Assembly: GCF_022045235.1 (NCBI RefSeq)
Contig: NW_027266270.1
Location: 15,376,001-15,440,000, forward strand
Source: Haliotis cracherodii
Taxonomy: Eukaryota
DNA: 64,000 bases
Reading direction: 5' to 3'
Shown here piece after piece: positions 13,897 to 25,979 of this stretch (the stretch's first letter is position 1; the number at the start of each line of letters is the position of its first letter). A program made the translations under genes and the position numbers. The notes beneath the pieces were generated by a model. That model worked only from the letters and a program-made list of their open reading frames with translations. It searched no databases and was not told the origin of the DNA.

Positions 13897-14742
13897 CGGT
13901 ATCAATCACTACAATCTGACTTTAATGAGATTGGTACCAAACAAACCTGTAACTGAATACATAAGCGACGATCAAAGCCTTCAACACACGACCGGCTGTT
14001 TAGTCAGCTCTTGCAACAAGCATGGCATGTTGTGGACCTGGTCTGGTCCGGAATCTCTCTGGTGTCCGCATGATCCAGAGTGTGAACTTCTATATATCGC
14101 TGTCGTCACTCTAATGCTCGAACGTGTCGATATTGCTATCTTAACGACTACCATAACAAGTTACTGGTTCTGATACAGTCTCATAAGCAGCCCGTAATGT
14201 ACTTTCAAAATTGTTCTTCATCAATTACGCTATTGCGTTGAACCAAAATGCTTTGTACTGTATCGGTCTGATACCTTGCATCTCGTTTTGACGAAGTCAT
14301 TCCCAGACAATATATGACGCTCTAACACAATGACCAGGGAGGATTAGATATGTCAAAGTTGGATACTGTAGAAGGATGCTATTCCGTTGATCAATGGGGA
14401 TATTGTAATGATCTGTTTGCTGTATGATAACCACTGACATAGATAGATAACGCCACGGACACAAGGCGAAATATGTCCTTGTGATATATGTCTTCGCACT
14501 TTACTCCGTCAACTCTCTTGTCTTGTCTTGTTATTTCCGCCATGTCGGGCCAGCAAGTATTACAGAACTTATGTTGGCTGTGTTCGTGTTGGCAGTGTTG
14601 CCACGTGCACTGACTCACACGGGCGGTGAAGTGAAGATCTACAAATCAAGAGGATGTAGGTTCACCTCCCACCGATATATCCAAAGTGTAGTATACATAA
14701 ATGTGTTGTTGCTTTATGACTTTATGTATTTCTCTAATATTG

Positions 14743-14906
14743 GAGTGAGTGAGTTTGGTTTTACGCCGCTTTTAGCAATATTCCAGCAATGTCACGGCGG
14801 GGGACACCAGAAATGGGCTTCACACATTGTACCCATGTCGGGATTCGAACCCGGGTCTTTAGCGTGACGAGCGGACGCTTTAAGCACTAGGCTACACGAC
14901 CGCCCC
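14743..14906 (-). mobile_element. Short tRNA-Asp-derived SINE (family D)
   Basis: GGGGCGGTCG...GCTCGTCACGC...CCCGGGTTCGAATCCC head plus the shared tail. Confidence 0.85.
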
Positions 14907-16074
14907 TCTCACACTGGAAACCGAAAGTGATAATGATTATATCTCAGTAATACAAGATACCCTTAATCCATTTATAATTACCCCACAAACCCTATAAAGC
15001 GTAAAATAAACATGGAAAGCGCCAAAGTTTTATAATTACAGATCTTTTCACATTTAGACCCTAAACACGTTTAGCTGTTAAACTTAATCCTAAACATGTC
15101 ACAAAGACCAAGGGACATGGTTAGGTGAGTGTAAAGGATCTAAACACATTTGTTAATTTCTTGTGGTTTTCATAAAAGTTGTAATAGTCCAAAACTAGCA
15201 TCTCAAGGACTTTCTGGCCACAGCCAACTGACACACTGTTATGTAGCTGAAATACTGTTAAAGCGGAGTTAAATCAAACTCACTCATAAGAGGATACTTT
15301 TTGTCATTATCAAATTTCTCGCGCTTCAAGCAGCCTGAAAAATGTTGACTTCTTTTTTCTGCTGAGCTTACATTTGTATGAGTGAACGTGTTTCACTTTA
15401 AATAACAATGGGATATCACTTAGGGACAATGTTGATCTAATAAGACGATATTGGGAGTATTCATGAAGGACTCACACATGCAATTAAAAAACAGTCAATA
15501 TAAAATGATTTGAGAGACAATTATTGAACGGACCTCAGGAACTGCACACATATGTCTGAATACAAGTCCCGAATGTTCTATGCCCACACACGGTCGTGGT
15601 CGCCATCTTTGCCGATCGTGACGATACTGTTATCATTACGACAACCGTTGTATGTAACTTGTTCTTACCGAAAAGCGTAATTAGCAAAGTTTGATGATAT
15701 ACCGTCGTTCTAGCAACAACGTATATATACCTATTTGATAATTCTTTGTATTTGTGAAAAACAAAATTGGAAGAACAAAATCACTTGTTGCATACAGAAT
15801 ATTCTTTCTAACCTTGTTTCAATTTTCATGTGAATCCTTGTGTGGGGAAGGACAAACCAGTGCAATTTATTGTTCTTCTCAAACGGAATACTTTGGATGC
15901 TTGTTAAGCATATTTTTATCGCACTGGCTTAAAGTGTGTTAAACCGGTAAAATGAGGTATTATCCCTGTGAAGCCCGTTGGGTCTGATAAGAAATATTTT
16001 TGATATCGTTGAAAATGAACTAGCAAGTCACAACGAATGAAAGAGCACTGACGTGTATACAGTCCTCGACTATA

Positions 16075-16260
16075 CACTACTGCCTAGAACCTCATTCCCA
16101 TAACACGCGTTGAGAATGCATGTAACACTTATGACACGGGTGCTCAACGGGTTGCACACGGGTTGTGCAACGGGTAGGAAGCGCATGTGCAACCCGTTGT
16201 GCACGCGTGGGTCACTCGTTGCACACGCGTGTGCCATGCGTGTAACACGGGACCAGGTGT
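16075..16260 (+). mobile_element. Possible left end of a CACTA/EnSpm-like element
   Basis: Homology to the paralog (39606) stops exactly at CACTA, which is followed by direct and inverted CAACGGGT/CACACG subterminal repeats. Confidence 0.45.
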
Positions 16261-17326
16261 CAGTTGAAGTTGACAAATATATCAAATGAATAGTGAGATA
16301 AATCAAAACAGTGAGATGTGAATCTTGAGTTAATGAGCGGCCATTGACTTGTGTTCACCCGACCATAAACACAAGGTCGGCCCGGCTTAATTAGTGTTCA
16401 GTTGCTTGACTTGTATGGCATGAACCATTCCACGAGGGTCCAGTCTAGCCATTGTGGCTAGCCAATAGTAGAACAGTAATGGATGTTCAGGCGAGTTTAT
16501 TGCTGGGGAAGCCCCCGTGTTGACACGATTGTCGCGGGTTGGTAAATGGTCGCCATTAATGAAGGGATTGTTTGTGGATAGGGAACACATTCTGATCAAA
16601 TTTAGTTTGAATCCTTGTTTAGCTGGGACATCTTCCAACTGGCGACATTTTAATAAACTTGACAAGTGACGATGAATTTTGATATTTATGTTAGTATAGT
16701 TTTATCAAATTGTAAAAAAAATCCTTTAATAAAATTGTGCTACACTTTCGCGAAAAGAATATTGTTTATATGTCACGTCACACCAGCATTGTAAGTTATA
16801 TTGCGACGAAATAATTGACAGCTTTTGGGACTACATGTAATATTGCTGCTTTTACATTTCTGATACAGATACTTGACTGCCTCAGTAGTTCAAGATAAGT
16901 TAGATTTTTAATTGTGTTAACAAATCAGTCAAGTTTTTAGATGAAACGTTTGATACTTTGGGACCGCAGTTACCGATCTACAACTTAAGACATAGAGACA
17001 GGGAATTGATATATCGCCAAAGTTATTGTCCTTATTATTACAATAAGCGAAATATCCAGAAAGTCCACAGTATCTTCAATAGTACAATAATAATCAATAC
17101 TATCAACGTTTTTCTTTTATTGGCACAATATTTGCACAGTATTGCTGTAAATAATCTAACCTGCTGCCCACGTAACCTGAACATATTCATGTATGATCTT
17201 CATATGCCACATGTTCAATTTCAATCTGCCACACCAAGCTTGAATAAGGGTTATACTTGTGTTAATAAACCAAACTGACACAATTAAGCAATTATACATA
17301 CGCACGCACGCACGCACGCACGAACG

Positions 17327-17349
<23 letters not shown>

Positions 17350-17359
<10 letters not shown>

Positions 17360-19270
17360 GTTATTATATTATTTATATGTCACATGTTGTATGTGTACAC
17401 ATTAGGCGTAAAAAAATCGTGCATAACATACATACAACATCAGGCCATAAAAGGCCGATGAGACACAGTGGACAATGAAAAACATTATTTATATAAAAGA
17501 ATTATAACTTTTAGGATCGCAAAACCCGATAAGGAAATGCTGCCTTCGTGCAAACATTTTTTAAATAAGTGCGGCAAGAGGTTTTATATACGTATTTAAA
17601 GTTCATTAAGAACACTGTCTGGTCCACAGGAGAGAATGAAATAAATATGGGATCAGACTTTATAATTCTCGAACATAAATCATATCTTAAGTCAGAATAA
17701 AATGGACAGTTAATAAGAAAATGTATCTCATCTTCTACAGCTATATTATTACATAATTTACAAATTCTATCCTGTAAAGGCGTGACAGGTTTAGCAAATC
17801 TACCAATTTCAACTTGTAAGGGTAATGTGCCGCAGCGTAACTTGCTTAGGATACAACGATGAGACCTGTTCATAATACATGTAACACAGGGTTCAGCAGA
17901 CAGCGAGTGTTTGAACAATCGATAAGTACAAAGCTTATTTCCATTTTATAAACCTCTATCATTCCACAATTCTGAATACAAATTATGCTCATCTAACGCT
18001 AATAGCTTAATATATTTTAGACGGGTAAAATCGGATTGGGTAAAATGCAGACCGCCAGAGACAGTTAGATGTAAAACATTAAGCAAATCCAAAACATTGT
18101 TAACCCAGGATTTACGGAACTTTGTAGACCATTTACTAATCCAACAAAAAAGTCTATTGGGATCGACCGCTTGAATTCGCTGCCAAAAACGAAATATTTC
18201 AATATGCTCTTTTGTAAGTGGGCTTGTCCATCCCAATTCGCCAGGGGCTGATACATTTGGAGTTTTGTTATTAACCCCAAGGAAGAAACGAGCGGCTCTG
18301 CTTTGAACAGAATTAATACAGATGAATTGCTTGCATTTTTGAGGCCCCAGATAGCCGAACCGTACGAAAGTATAGGCTGAACAAGATTATCATAAAGTTT
18401 ATTAAAAACTGAAAATGACATACCACCCGCTAATTTGAATTTATAGATAAGAACACCAAGAGCTCTATTTGCTGATTTTGCCAATTCCTTAACAGAATAA
18501 GTAATATCCAAATGCTCATGTAGCCAAAATCCTAAATATTTATAGGCATTAATAATGTCAATGTGAGAAGAGCCAATAGTAAAGAAAAATTCCGATCTGA
18601 AATGAACAACCTTAGTTTTTTCACATTTACTTTTAAACGCCACTGTGCTGCCCAGCGAGAGACACAGTCTAACATACGCTGTGAGGAAATTTTGTCTGGA
18701 GCAATCATAGCTACGTCGTCCGCGTACAGTAAAATACTTGACATGTTATCGTCTACCTGAATACCAGATTTAAGTTTATTAATTTCCTCTGCGAAATCAT
18801 TAATAAATACCGAAAACAATGTCGGAGATAACACACATCCTTGTCGAACTACAGAAGTTACTGAAACGGATCTGTTAAGCAATTATTTATCCTTACACGT
18901 CACCAGGTGTTAACATACATTGATTGTACAGCATGAAGAAACTATTGACGCCAACCCGACGAAGTTTACACTATAAACACGAACGATTCACTTTGTCAAA
19001 CGCCTTTATCGCGTCAATGAAACAAACATATGTGGATTGTCTAGACAACTTTCTATTATTGATAACGGAAAATATACTAAACATATGTTCTTGAGAACTT
19101 CGCTTAGAAAGAAAACCGTTTTGTTCATCAGCAAGAACATTATCAGTTTCTAACCAGCGGCTTTAACGAGTGTTTAACACATCGGCGTACAGCTTATATG
19201 GGAGCGAAATTAAAGAAATACCTCGATAACTTAACGGATCACGTGGATTGGTATCAGTTTTTTTTAATCG
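17350..19270 (-). mobile_element. 5'-truncated, frameshifted non-LTR retrotransposon (RTEX-like RT plus C-terminal Cys/His domain)
   Basis: SYRGISL, DEQNGF, VRQGCVLSPTLFSVFIND, LLYADD, YKYLGF, LPLQVEIGRF...RICKLC...EDEIHFLINCPFY. Confidence 0.9.
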
Positions 19271-21521
19271 GGTTAATAACACCAGTGCGTCAGATTTCTG
19301 GACATGTATTGTTTTCGAAGTAAAAAGTAGAAAGCCTGAAAAGAAAGTCGGTACAAGTGCTGTTATTAAGCACCTCAACTGGGAAAAGGACAAGGCCGAC
19401 TGCCTTTCACATTGCAATAGCTCGCTCGCCGTCCGCACGTGTAATTGGCGGAAGATCCAGGTCAGTGGTAACAAGTATCCGGTCATTTGTAATGTTTGCG
19501 ATCTTATTTTGAATCGAACTATAATGAATATATATTTGGTGTGGGCAAATATCTAGTTTGTATATATTTTTGTAGGTGTGAAACATTCAAGTCAATTGTG
19601 CAGACACTGGGCGACACATTCATAACGAAACCCCATGAAAGATGAATTGGTGCCTTGTTATGCAACAAGAAAGAATCTTGTGTATTTCAAGGTTATCCTA
19701 ATCATTGCTTACTTCTACTACATGCATGGTTGGAGACAAGATCAAAGGCACCGCCCAGCATTAAAAACATAATTAGACAGACAGACAGACAGACAGACAG
19801 TAGTTTATTAGTGTCTCACTTCAGTACATACGTAAAACAGCATTGTATAACTTGACATCGATAGAATGTACAAAACCATTTAACAGATTTATGAGAGACA
19901 AATTATCATAAAATTTATACAGAAATGATATAAAGATGATATAGTAAAATGTTATCCATATAAAAGATGCTTTCTATGATTAAGAATTAAAAAGCAGACT
20001 TTGGCAAGTATAACACACACAAGACAACAGAAAGGGTTGTTCGTTTCGCTTTGAACCACCTGCCGGTACCGGTGGGAGATAATCGGTGCGCAAAAACTTG
20101 TGTCCAGTCTACCAAGGGGTTTGATGCGGTGTCAGTGTCGAATGATTTTGTTATAGTTGTGAGAAATGCGTTGTATGCCGTATATTTTTGTTACTAACTA
20201 TCCTGTTATTTGCTAAAGGAGAGCGGATATTAACAACGGTCGCCAGCTAACTGGAAGAAGATCCAGAACATTAAAGTAGATACACGAAAGTTGGGACACT
20301 GAATGTGTAACACCAACCAAGCGGTTAGAAACCAGTCATTGACATGAGAGATTAAACTAATAAAAACACAAAATTTTGCTTTCATATACAGTATTATGAG
20401 AACTGGGGAGCCAGCATGCTCGTATTACACGCATTCACACACGGAAGCAAATTATAGTTGATATGGTATAGTATTAATTAATCTTAACACGTGTATATGA
20501 ACAATAAGCAAATTAACATGTCCATGGAAAATGGTTTGTTGCACGTAAATGTTTGATTGTTTTCACTTTGAGATACTATATCATAACAGAGTAATAGAAG
20601 GTTTGCGATTCCTCTTGGAAGTACTAAAATAACAACTGTTGTTTACTGAACAGAGAGTTTATTTATGATAAAAACATTGACTGTTAATTTCTTATCTCAT
20701 TTTCCAATGAAGTTCACTTCATTTTTCTTCTCTTTTTCTAAACTATTTAGAATGAAATTAACATGATCACAAGGTAATGAGCCTGTTGAATGTTACCCTG
20801 TTAGATCTGTCACATCTAACATAGATTTAATGATATCTACAGATTCAACCATTTCCTCTAATAATAAAATGTTACCTTTGTCACCACCAAGCACCGATAC
20901 TCAGCCAGACAATTTTGGGCAATTGTAAAAATCACAACCCCTTATGTGAAACCCCCAGTGATTGTTAAAATAACAAATCCTATCTGCAGTCAGACTATAT
21001 AACAGTCTATATTCACACTTTAAGAAAAAAAAGAAAGAAAGTGGGGTGTGGGGAAATGTCCAGTATTGAATATCAAGATAACTATTGTTTCGTAACGAGT
21101 TACGATACCTTTCTAAATACCCTTATGGACCTTCTATTAAAATAATTACATCTTTTTGTAGAAATTTCAATTTCGTGTGTTATCAGCTCCTAACTTTTAA
21201 ATGTATCAGATTTTACGTAAAAAGGGTGTTGAAATATGTTAATATTTAAATTTATCTTCACACGCTGCGCTTGTTGCATTAACATTCATATATTATCATC
21301 ATCAATTATAGGTTTTACGTTGACTTGTATTCAGTCCTGTATTTCGTCGACGAGGTAGGTTGGGTTGAATGATAAATCCATGTAATTTGCTTCATAGATA
21401 TCAACCATGTTGTGTTGGTGTTGTCTCATAGCATATAGTAGATTTATAGGTAATATATATTTTGACTATAGGTTATTATATTATTATTTACTATCGTACT
21501 TACTTCATGATTTACATGAGA

Positions 21522-21937
21522 GTGAGTGAGTGAGTTGCATTTAACGCCGCTTTTAACAGTATTACAGTTATATCACGAGTGTCAGCTAAATGTGGGAGGG
21601 AAGCCCGAAGTGATGCAGGTCTCAGACGTTTACCACTTCGGTGAAACCCACGAGAACGGGTATGGTGCTGACAAACCTTGAAACATAATCGGGGCGAACC
21701 GGGATTCGAACCCACAATCATAGGTTTCTGGCGTGCCCAAGGGACGCAACTCTGCACAGCGAATCGCGGCGCCTTAGACGACTGGGCCATCCGTGCCCCA
21801 AATAAGCTGGCGAACGCCAGCTAATTTTTCTTGTACCTTAGCTTTTGTTCAAAGAATTCGTTTGTGTTCCTGTCTCAGTGTTAGTTTTCGAGGCATCGTG
21901 CTGTCTCCTCAAGTTCGGATAACATTCCCGTGCCCCC
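21522..21937 (-). mobile_element. Chimeric family V SINE with ~125 bp captured flank and an extra 5' GGGGGCACGGG
   Basis: SINE at 21522-21799. 21800-21927 matches the reverse complement of 26669-26782. The whole unit is flanked by TSD TTTACATGAGA (21511-21521 and 21939-21949). Confidence 0.85.
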
Positions 21938-22149
21938 TTTTACATGAGACGTTTTATATTCACCATAAACTACATTTATTGCATGTGAGCTCAACACAGT
22001 TGACAAATACTCTAAAACATATGACTAGTAAACTATTAATGTACGTTGAAAAAATATATATTGTAAATGCCAAAAAGATGTATCAAGGTTTAAGTAGAAG
22101 ATATATTGACAGTACCGCTGGGAATTTATTCAACAAACCCATGATAACA

Positions 22150-22380
22150 TTATCAAGTGCAATATTCTTTAATTATGTGTGTTTTATACAGTGCAATATG
22201 TTTTCAATCATGTGTTTTTTATCCAGTGCAATATGTTTTCAATCACGTGTGTTTTATCCAGTGCAATATGTTTTCAATCACGTGTGTTAACGTTTTATCA
22301 AGTGCAATATGTTTGTTATCATTTGTGTGTGTAACCCAATTCAAGTCTTCCAAACATATTGTGTTTAGTCCAGTGCAATT
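22150..22380. repeat. ~33-bp degenerate tandem repeat in the E-F intron (paralogs at 39640-39840 and 55850-55925)
   Basis: Unit TCCAGTGCAATATGTTTTCAATCACGTGTGTTTTA. Confidence 0.8.
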
Positions 22381-22564
22381 ATCAGCGAGTTATGCCGACT
22401 TTATGTCTACAAAAGTACACTGATGTCATTGTGGCGGAATGTAAATAAGGGGCTCTTGCACCAGTGACTTGAAGTATGAGCAAAGAGCCACACCATTTGG
22501 AACCGACGACAAGCAATCAACACAAAGATACCACCTGATCCACATTATATTTCGTTCATATAGC

Positions 22565-22845
22565 GATACCCGTGGATACCCGTGGACACGTGAAGATCCG
22601 GGGTAGAATAGGTCTTCAGCAACCCATGCTTGCCATAAAAGGTGAATATGCTTGTCGTAAGAGGCGACTAACGGGATCGGGATTGGTTGTCTTGATGCAT
22701 GTCATCGTATCCCAATTGCGTCGATCGATGCTCATGATGTCAATTACTGGATTGCCTGGTCCAGACTCGATTATTTACAGACCGCCGTCATATAGCTGGA
22801 ATATCGCTGAGTGTGGCGTCGTCATACAACACACAAACAAAGAAA
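22565..22845 (+). mobile_element. SINE family R with 5' stutter and duplicated hairpin
   Basis: GATACCCGTG twice, then GACACGTGAAGATCC...; TSD TCATATAG. Confidence 0.85.
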
Positions 22846-22866
22846 TCATATAGGGACAGGCATGGG

Positions 22867-23149
22867 TGAGTGAGTGAGTGAGTTGGGTTTAACGCCACTT
22901 TTAACAGTATTCAAGTTATATCGCGGCGTGTCAGCTTAATATGGGAGGAAAGCCCGAAGTGATGCAGGTCTCAGACGTTTACCACTTCGGTGAAACCCAC
23001 GAGCACGGGTATGGTGCTGACAAACCTAGAAACATAATCGGGGTGAACCGGGATTCGAATCCACAATCATAGGTTTCTGGCGTGTCAGAGGGACGCAACT
23101 CTGCACAGCGAATCGCGGCGCTTTAGACGACCGGGCCACCCGTGCCCCC
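22867..23149 (-). mobile_element. SINE family V, full length
   Basis: Box A/B head, shared tail, 14-bp TSD GGGACAGGCATGGG. Confidence 0.9.
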
Positions 23150-23369
23150 GGGACAGGCATGGGCGTGTGTGAGGCTGCTTGTACAAGTCCGGACTTGTGC
23201 CGGTTTTATATTTATTACCCACTGAGCAGCAGTTTCACAAGAATAACCCTGTCAGTCAGTCTGGTCCTTGTTTTACCCCACGATGCTAAACTGGCCCATT
23301 ATACAAGTATATACTCACACGTAATATATATATTTGACAGAGAACGCCAAAATGTTTGCCTTGAGATGT

Positions 23370-23567
23370 TTGTCGTTTAACGCCGCACTCAGCAATATTC
23401 CAGCTATATGACGGCGGTCTGTAACTAATCAAGTCTGGACCAGACAATCCAGTGATTGACATCACGAGCATCAATCCACGCATTTGGGATACGATCAACC
23501 AAGTCGCCTCTTACGACAAGCATAGTCGCATCTGTTGCTGAAGACCTATTCTACCCCGGATTTCCTC
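23370..23567 (-). mobile_element. SINE family R, internally deleted
   Basis: Reverse complement of head and tail; TSD GCCTT(G/A)AGATGT. Confidence 0.8.
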
Positions 23568-23619
23568 GCCTTAAGATGTACAATAGTGGACAGTATTATA
23601 ACTTAGGATAATCCATCAC

Positions 23620-24290
23620 ATCTTTTAAATATCTATTGCTTTTCTTAAGTGCTCAGAAAATATATTTCCCTAGACTGTTACGCAAAGGCGGATTCGAGCT
23701 TAAGAATAGCATTTTAAGTTTTGCTGGTTTCGATGGTGACAATAATACTTTGGTAAAATGCGGTCTCTTAAATCTGCATAGAATGGACATTGGAGGCAGA
23801 AATGGTATTCTGGTTCTACTATTAAGACTATGCAAAATGGACAGAATCTTAAATTTCTGTTAATAGTGTACTGTCGACCTATTTCTATCATTAAAGTATG
23901 ACTAGAGCATCTAAATTCAGCTAAAGCTTTAAAATAGATCATTTTGTGAATACAAAAAGTATAATCTTCCAAACCATATTCTAATTTAACATGTATGTAA
24001 AAGTCAAACTTTGGAGGAGCTGTGATATTATCTTTCCATATCTGAACATCAATATCGTTACATCGTTTTACAAATTGGTCAATACATAAATCAACATAGC
24101 CAACCCCTTGATGGAGCCTAACTTCTCCAAAGCCATACTTATATAACAAGTTTTTTACATCATAAGCCCAGCATTGTCCCCCATTTTCGCCTTATTGATC
24201 ATGAACTCGAAGTGGTACTCATGCTTCAGAAAAATATTTCAATGTTTGCTCAGCAATCGCAACCAATAAGTGATTATTATCTTATATTGA
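23620..24290 (-). mobile_element. 3' fragment of a second RTEX-like LINE
   Basis: FRCSSHTLMIEIGR...RFCPFC...EPEYHFCLQCPFYADLR. Confidence 0.8.
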
Positions 24291-25979
24291 TAAACCTTCA
24301 CTTCTCGATACATTTAGTCACCTCTTACGACCATCAATGGGGTTCTATGGACCTAACGTGACCTAGATACCCACGAGGGTCAATGTTAACGACATTGCTA
24401 CCCTTCGTTTTTGCGTATCAAATAAGAACTATTGGTCTCGCACGCGATATTTGCTATCGGTATATTACATCTGGAGATGGGGCGAGGAGTAAAATCAGGT
24501 GCCCACCCACCCTGACCCGCCAATGGTGTATCCTGGCTGCGTAGGACAATGACGCAGTTCAAGATCTGTCTGATTGAGCAAGACGTGTAGTAAAAAACAA
24601 CACGAAACTGCCTTCTAAACAACATCAATATGGGTTTAATGTATTGATTATTCATATCTGGCCTCGGCTGGATGACCATGAGTTAGATTACCATCTGAAA
24701 TCGTTTCATGCATTAGGAAATTGTTTTACGAAGTCTAAAACTGGGGATACTTCATGGCAACGAAAGAGAACATTATCGTTAAGAGACCATTGCCAGGCAC
24801 TTCATGGTAATAAAAGATGTGTCTATGATAACTTTGGCGGATGGAGCCTATGAAATAACTCCCATCAAAACAGTACACAATGTAACAGTTAAAAAAGCCT
24901 GTTCGGATCCCATTCTACTCCTCAGTGGCCTTTAACATGGCTGAGATCGGGGTTGAATGGGCACAATGTATGCAGCGGTGCTCTATGTCCGTAGAGGACT
25001 AAGGTTTGTTTAGTGACCGGTTCATCTACCTGATCTGGTAGATTTATCTGGATATACGATACCCGTTATTATTACTGCAATTAGAACAGATCACCACTCG
25101 TCGTCCTCATTATGATTGATATTGATATCAGCACAGTGACAATTACGTGTTGTGCACGTGCTTCTAAAGTATATCAATTATTGCAAGTTCAAAACTCTAA
25201 TCATCGTTCACCAGAGCAGCATTTCTCGTTAAACAGGACATATCCCCTGCTGTGTGTTCTGTGACGTCCTATCGTCCAGCGATCTGGTTAAATATATAGG
25301 ACTGTTCTGATTGAGGAGGCATGACGAACATTTCATTCAGAACCCGCCCATTTAGAAAATTTATGATTCATCGAAGAAATGATGATATGATAATGACCAG
25401 TTTGCAGTGTGATTAGAGATAAATGTGTCACAGTAAGTAATGACAGACAAAAGTATCACGTTCATCAAGCGACGAAATATATCCATCTGATAAATGATCC
25501 TGAATTTATTGGTCCTCGATACTTCCGCCATGGCTGTCTAGTAAGTGATACATAGCTTTCTGTATTCTCTGTTACTGTCATAGCATCGTTTATGTTGCAG
25601 TGTAAGCATAAAGTCTGATTTTATTTGAAGGATATTTATTTAGTGCCAAAGGCACTTAGCTCTTTATCAAGAGATTGATGTATCGTATGTAACACTGCTG
25701 TTATCTCTGGGACAGAGTGATGAATAGCAAGTTTCGTAAAGGTTAAATTATAGAACTACCGCTTAGAAGGACGAATTGAACTGTGCATCTGGGTGGCTTG
25801 GCGTTGCTTATGGTATAGGGTATTGGGGTTTAGGATGTATTGTTAGCCACAGATCAGATGAGGTTTTAGGGACGTTATTGTTCTTGGGAGGTAAGGAAAA
25901 TACCCTCCCTTAACTGAATCAATATCTTTATTTGTTGGCAAACATGGATGAGGACACCGGAATCCACTATCCACAAGAC

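Larger units (their letters stand above)
15410..25010 (+). pseudogene. Array copy 1: segments E (~15410-15760) and F (~24520-25010), separated by nested insertions
   Basis: Aligns with 38950-39300 and 55186-55530 (E) and with 46940-47400 and 57050-57500 (F). F remnants: PGC..TQFK (LDLa-like) and LHGNKRCVYD...W...ACSDP (LRRCT-like). Confidence 0.6.
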
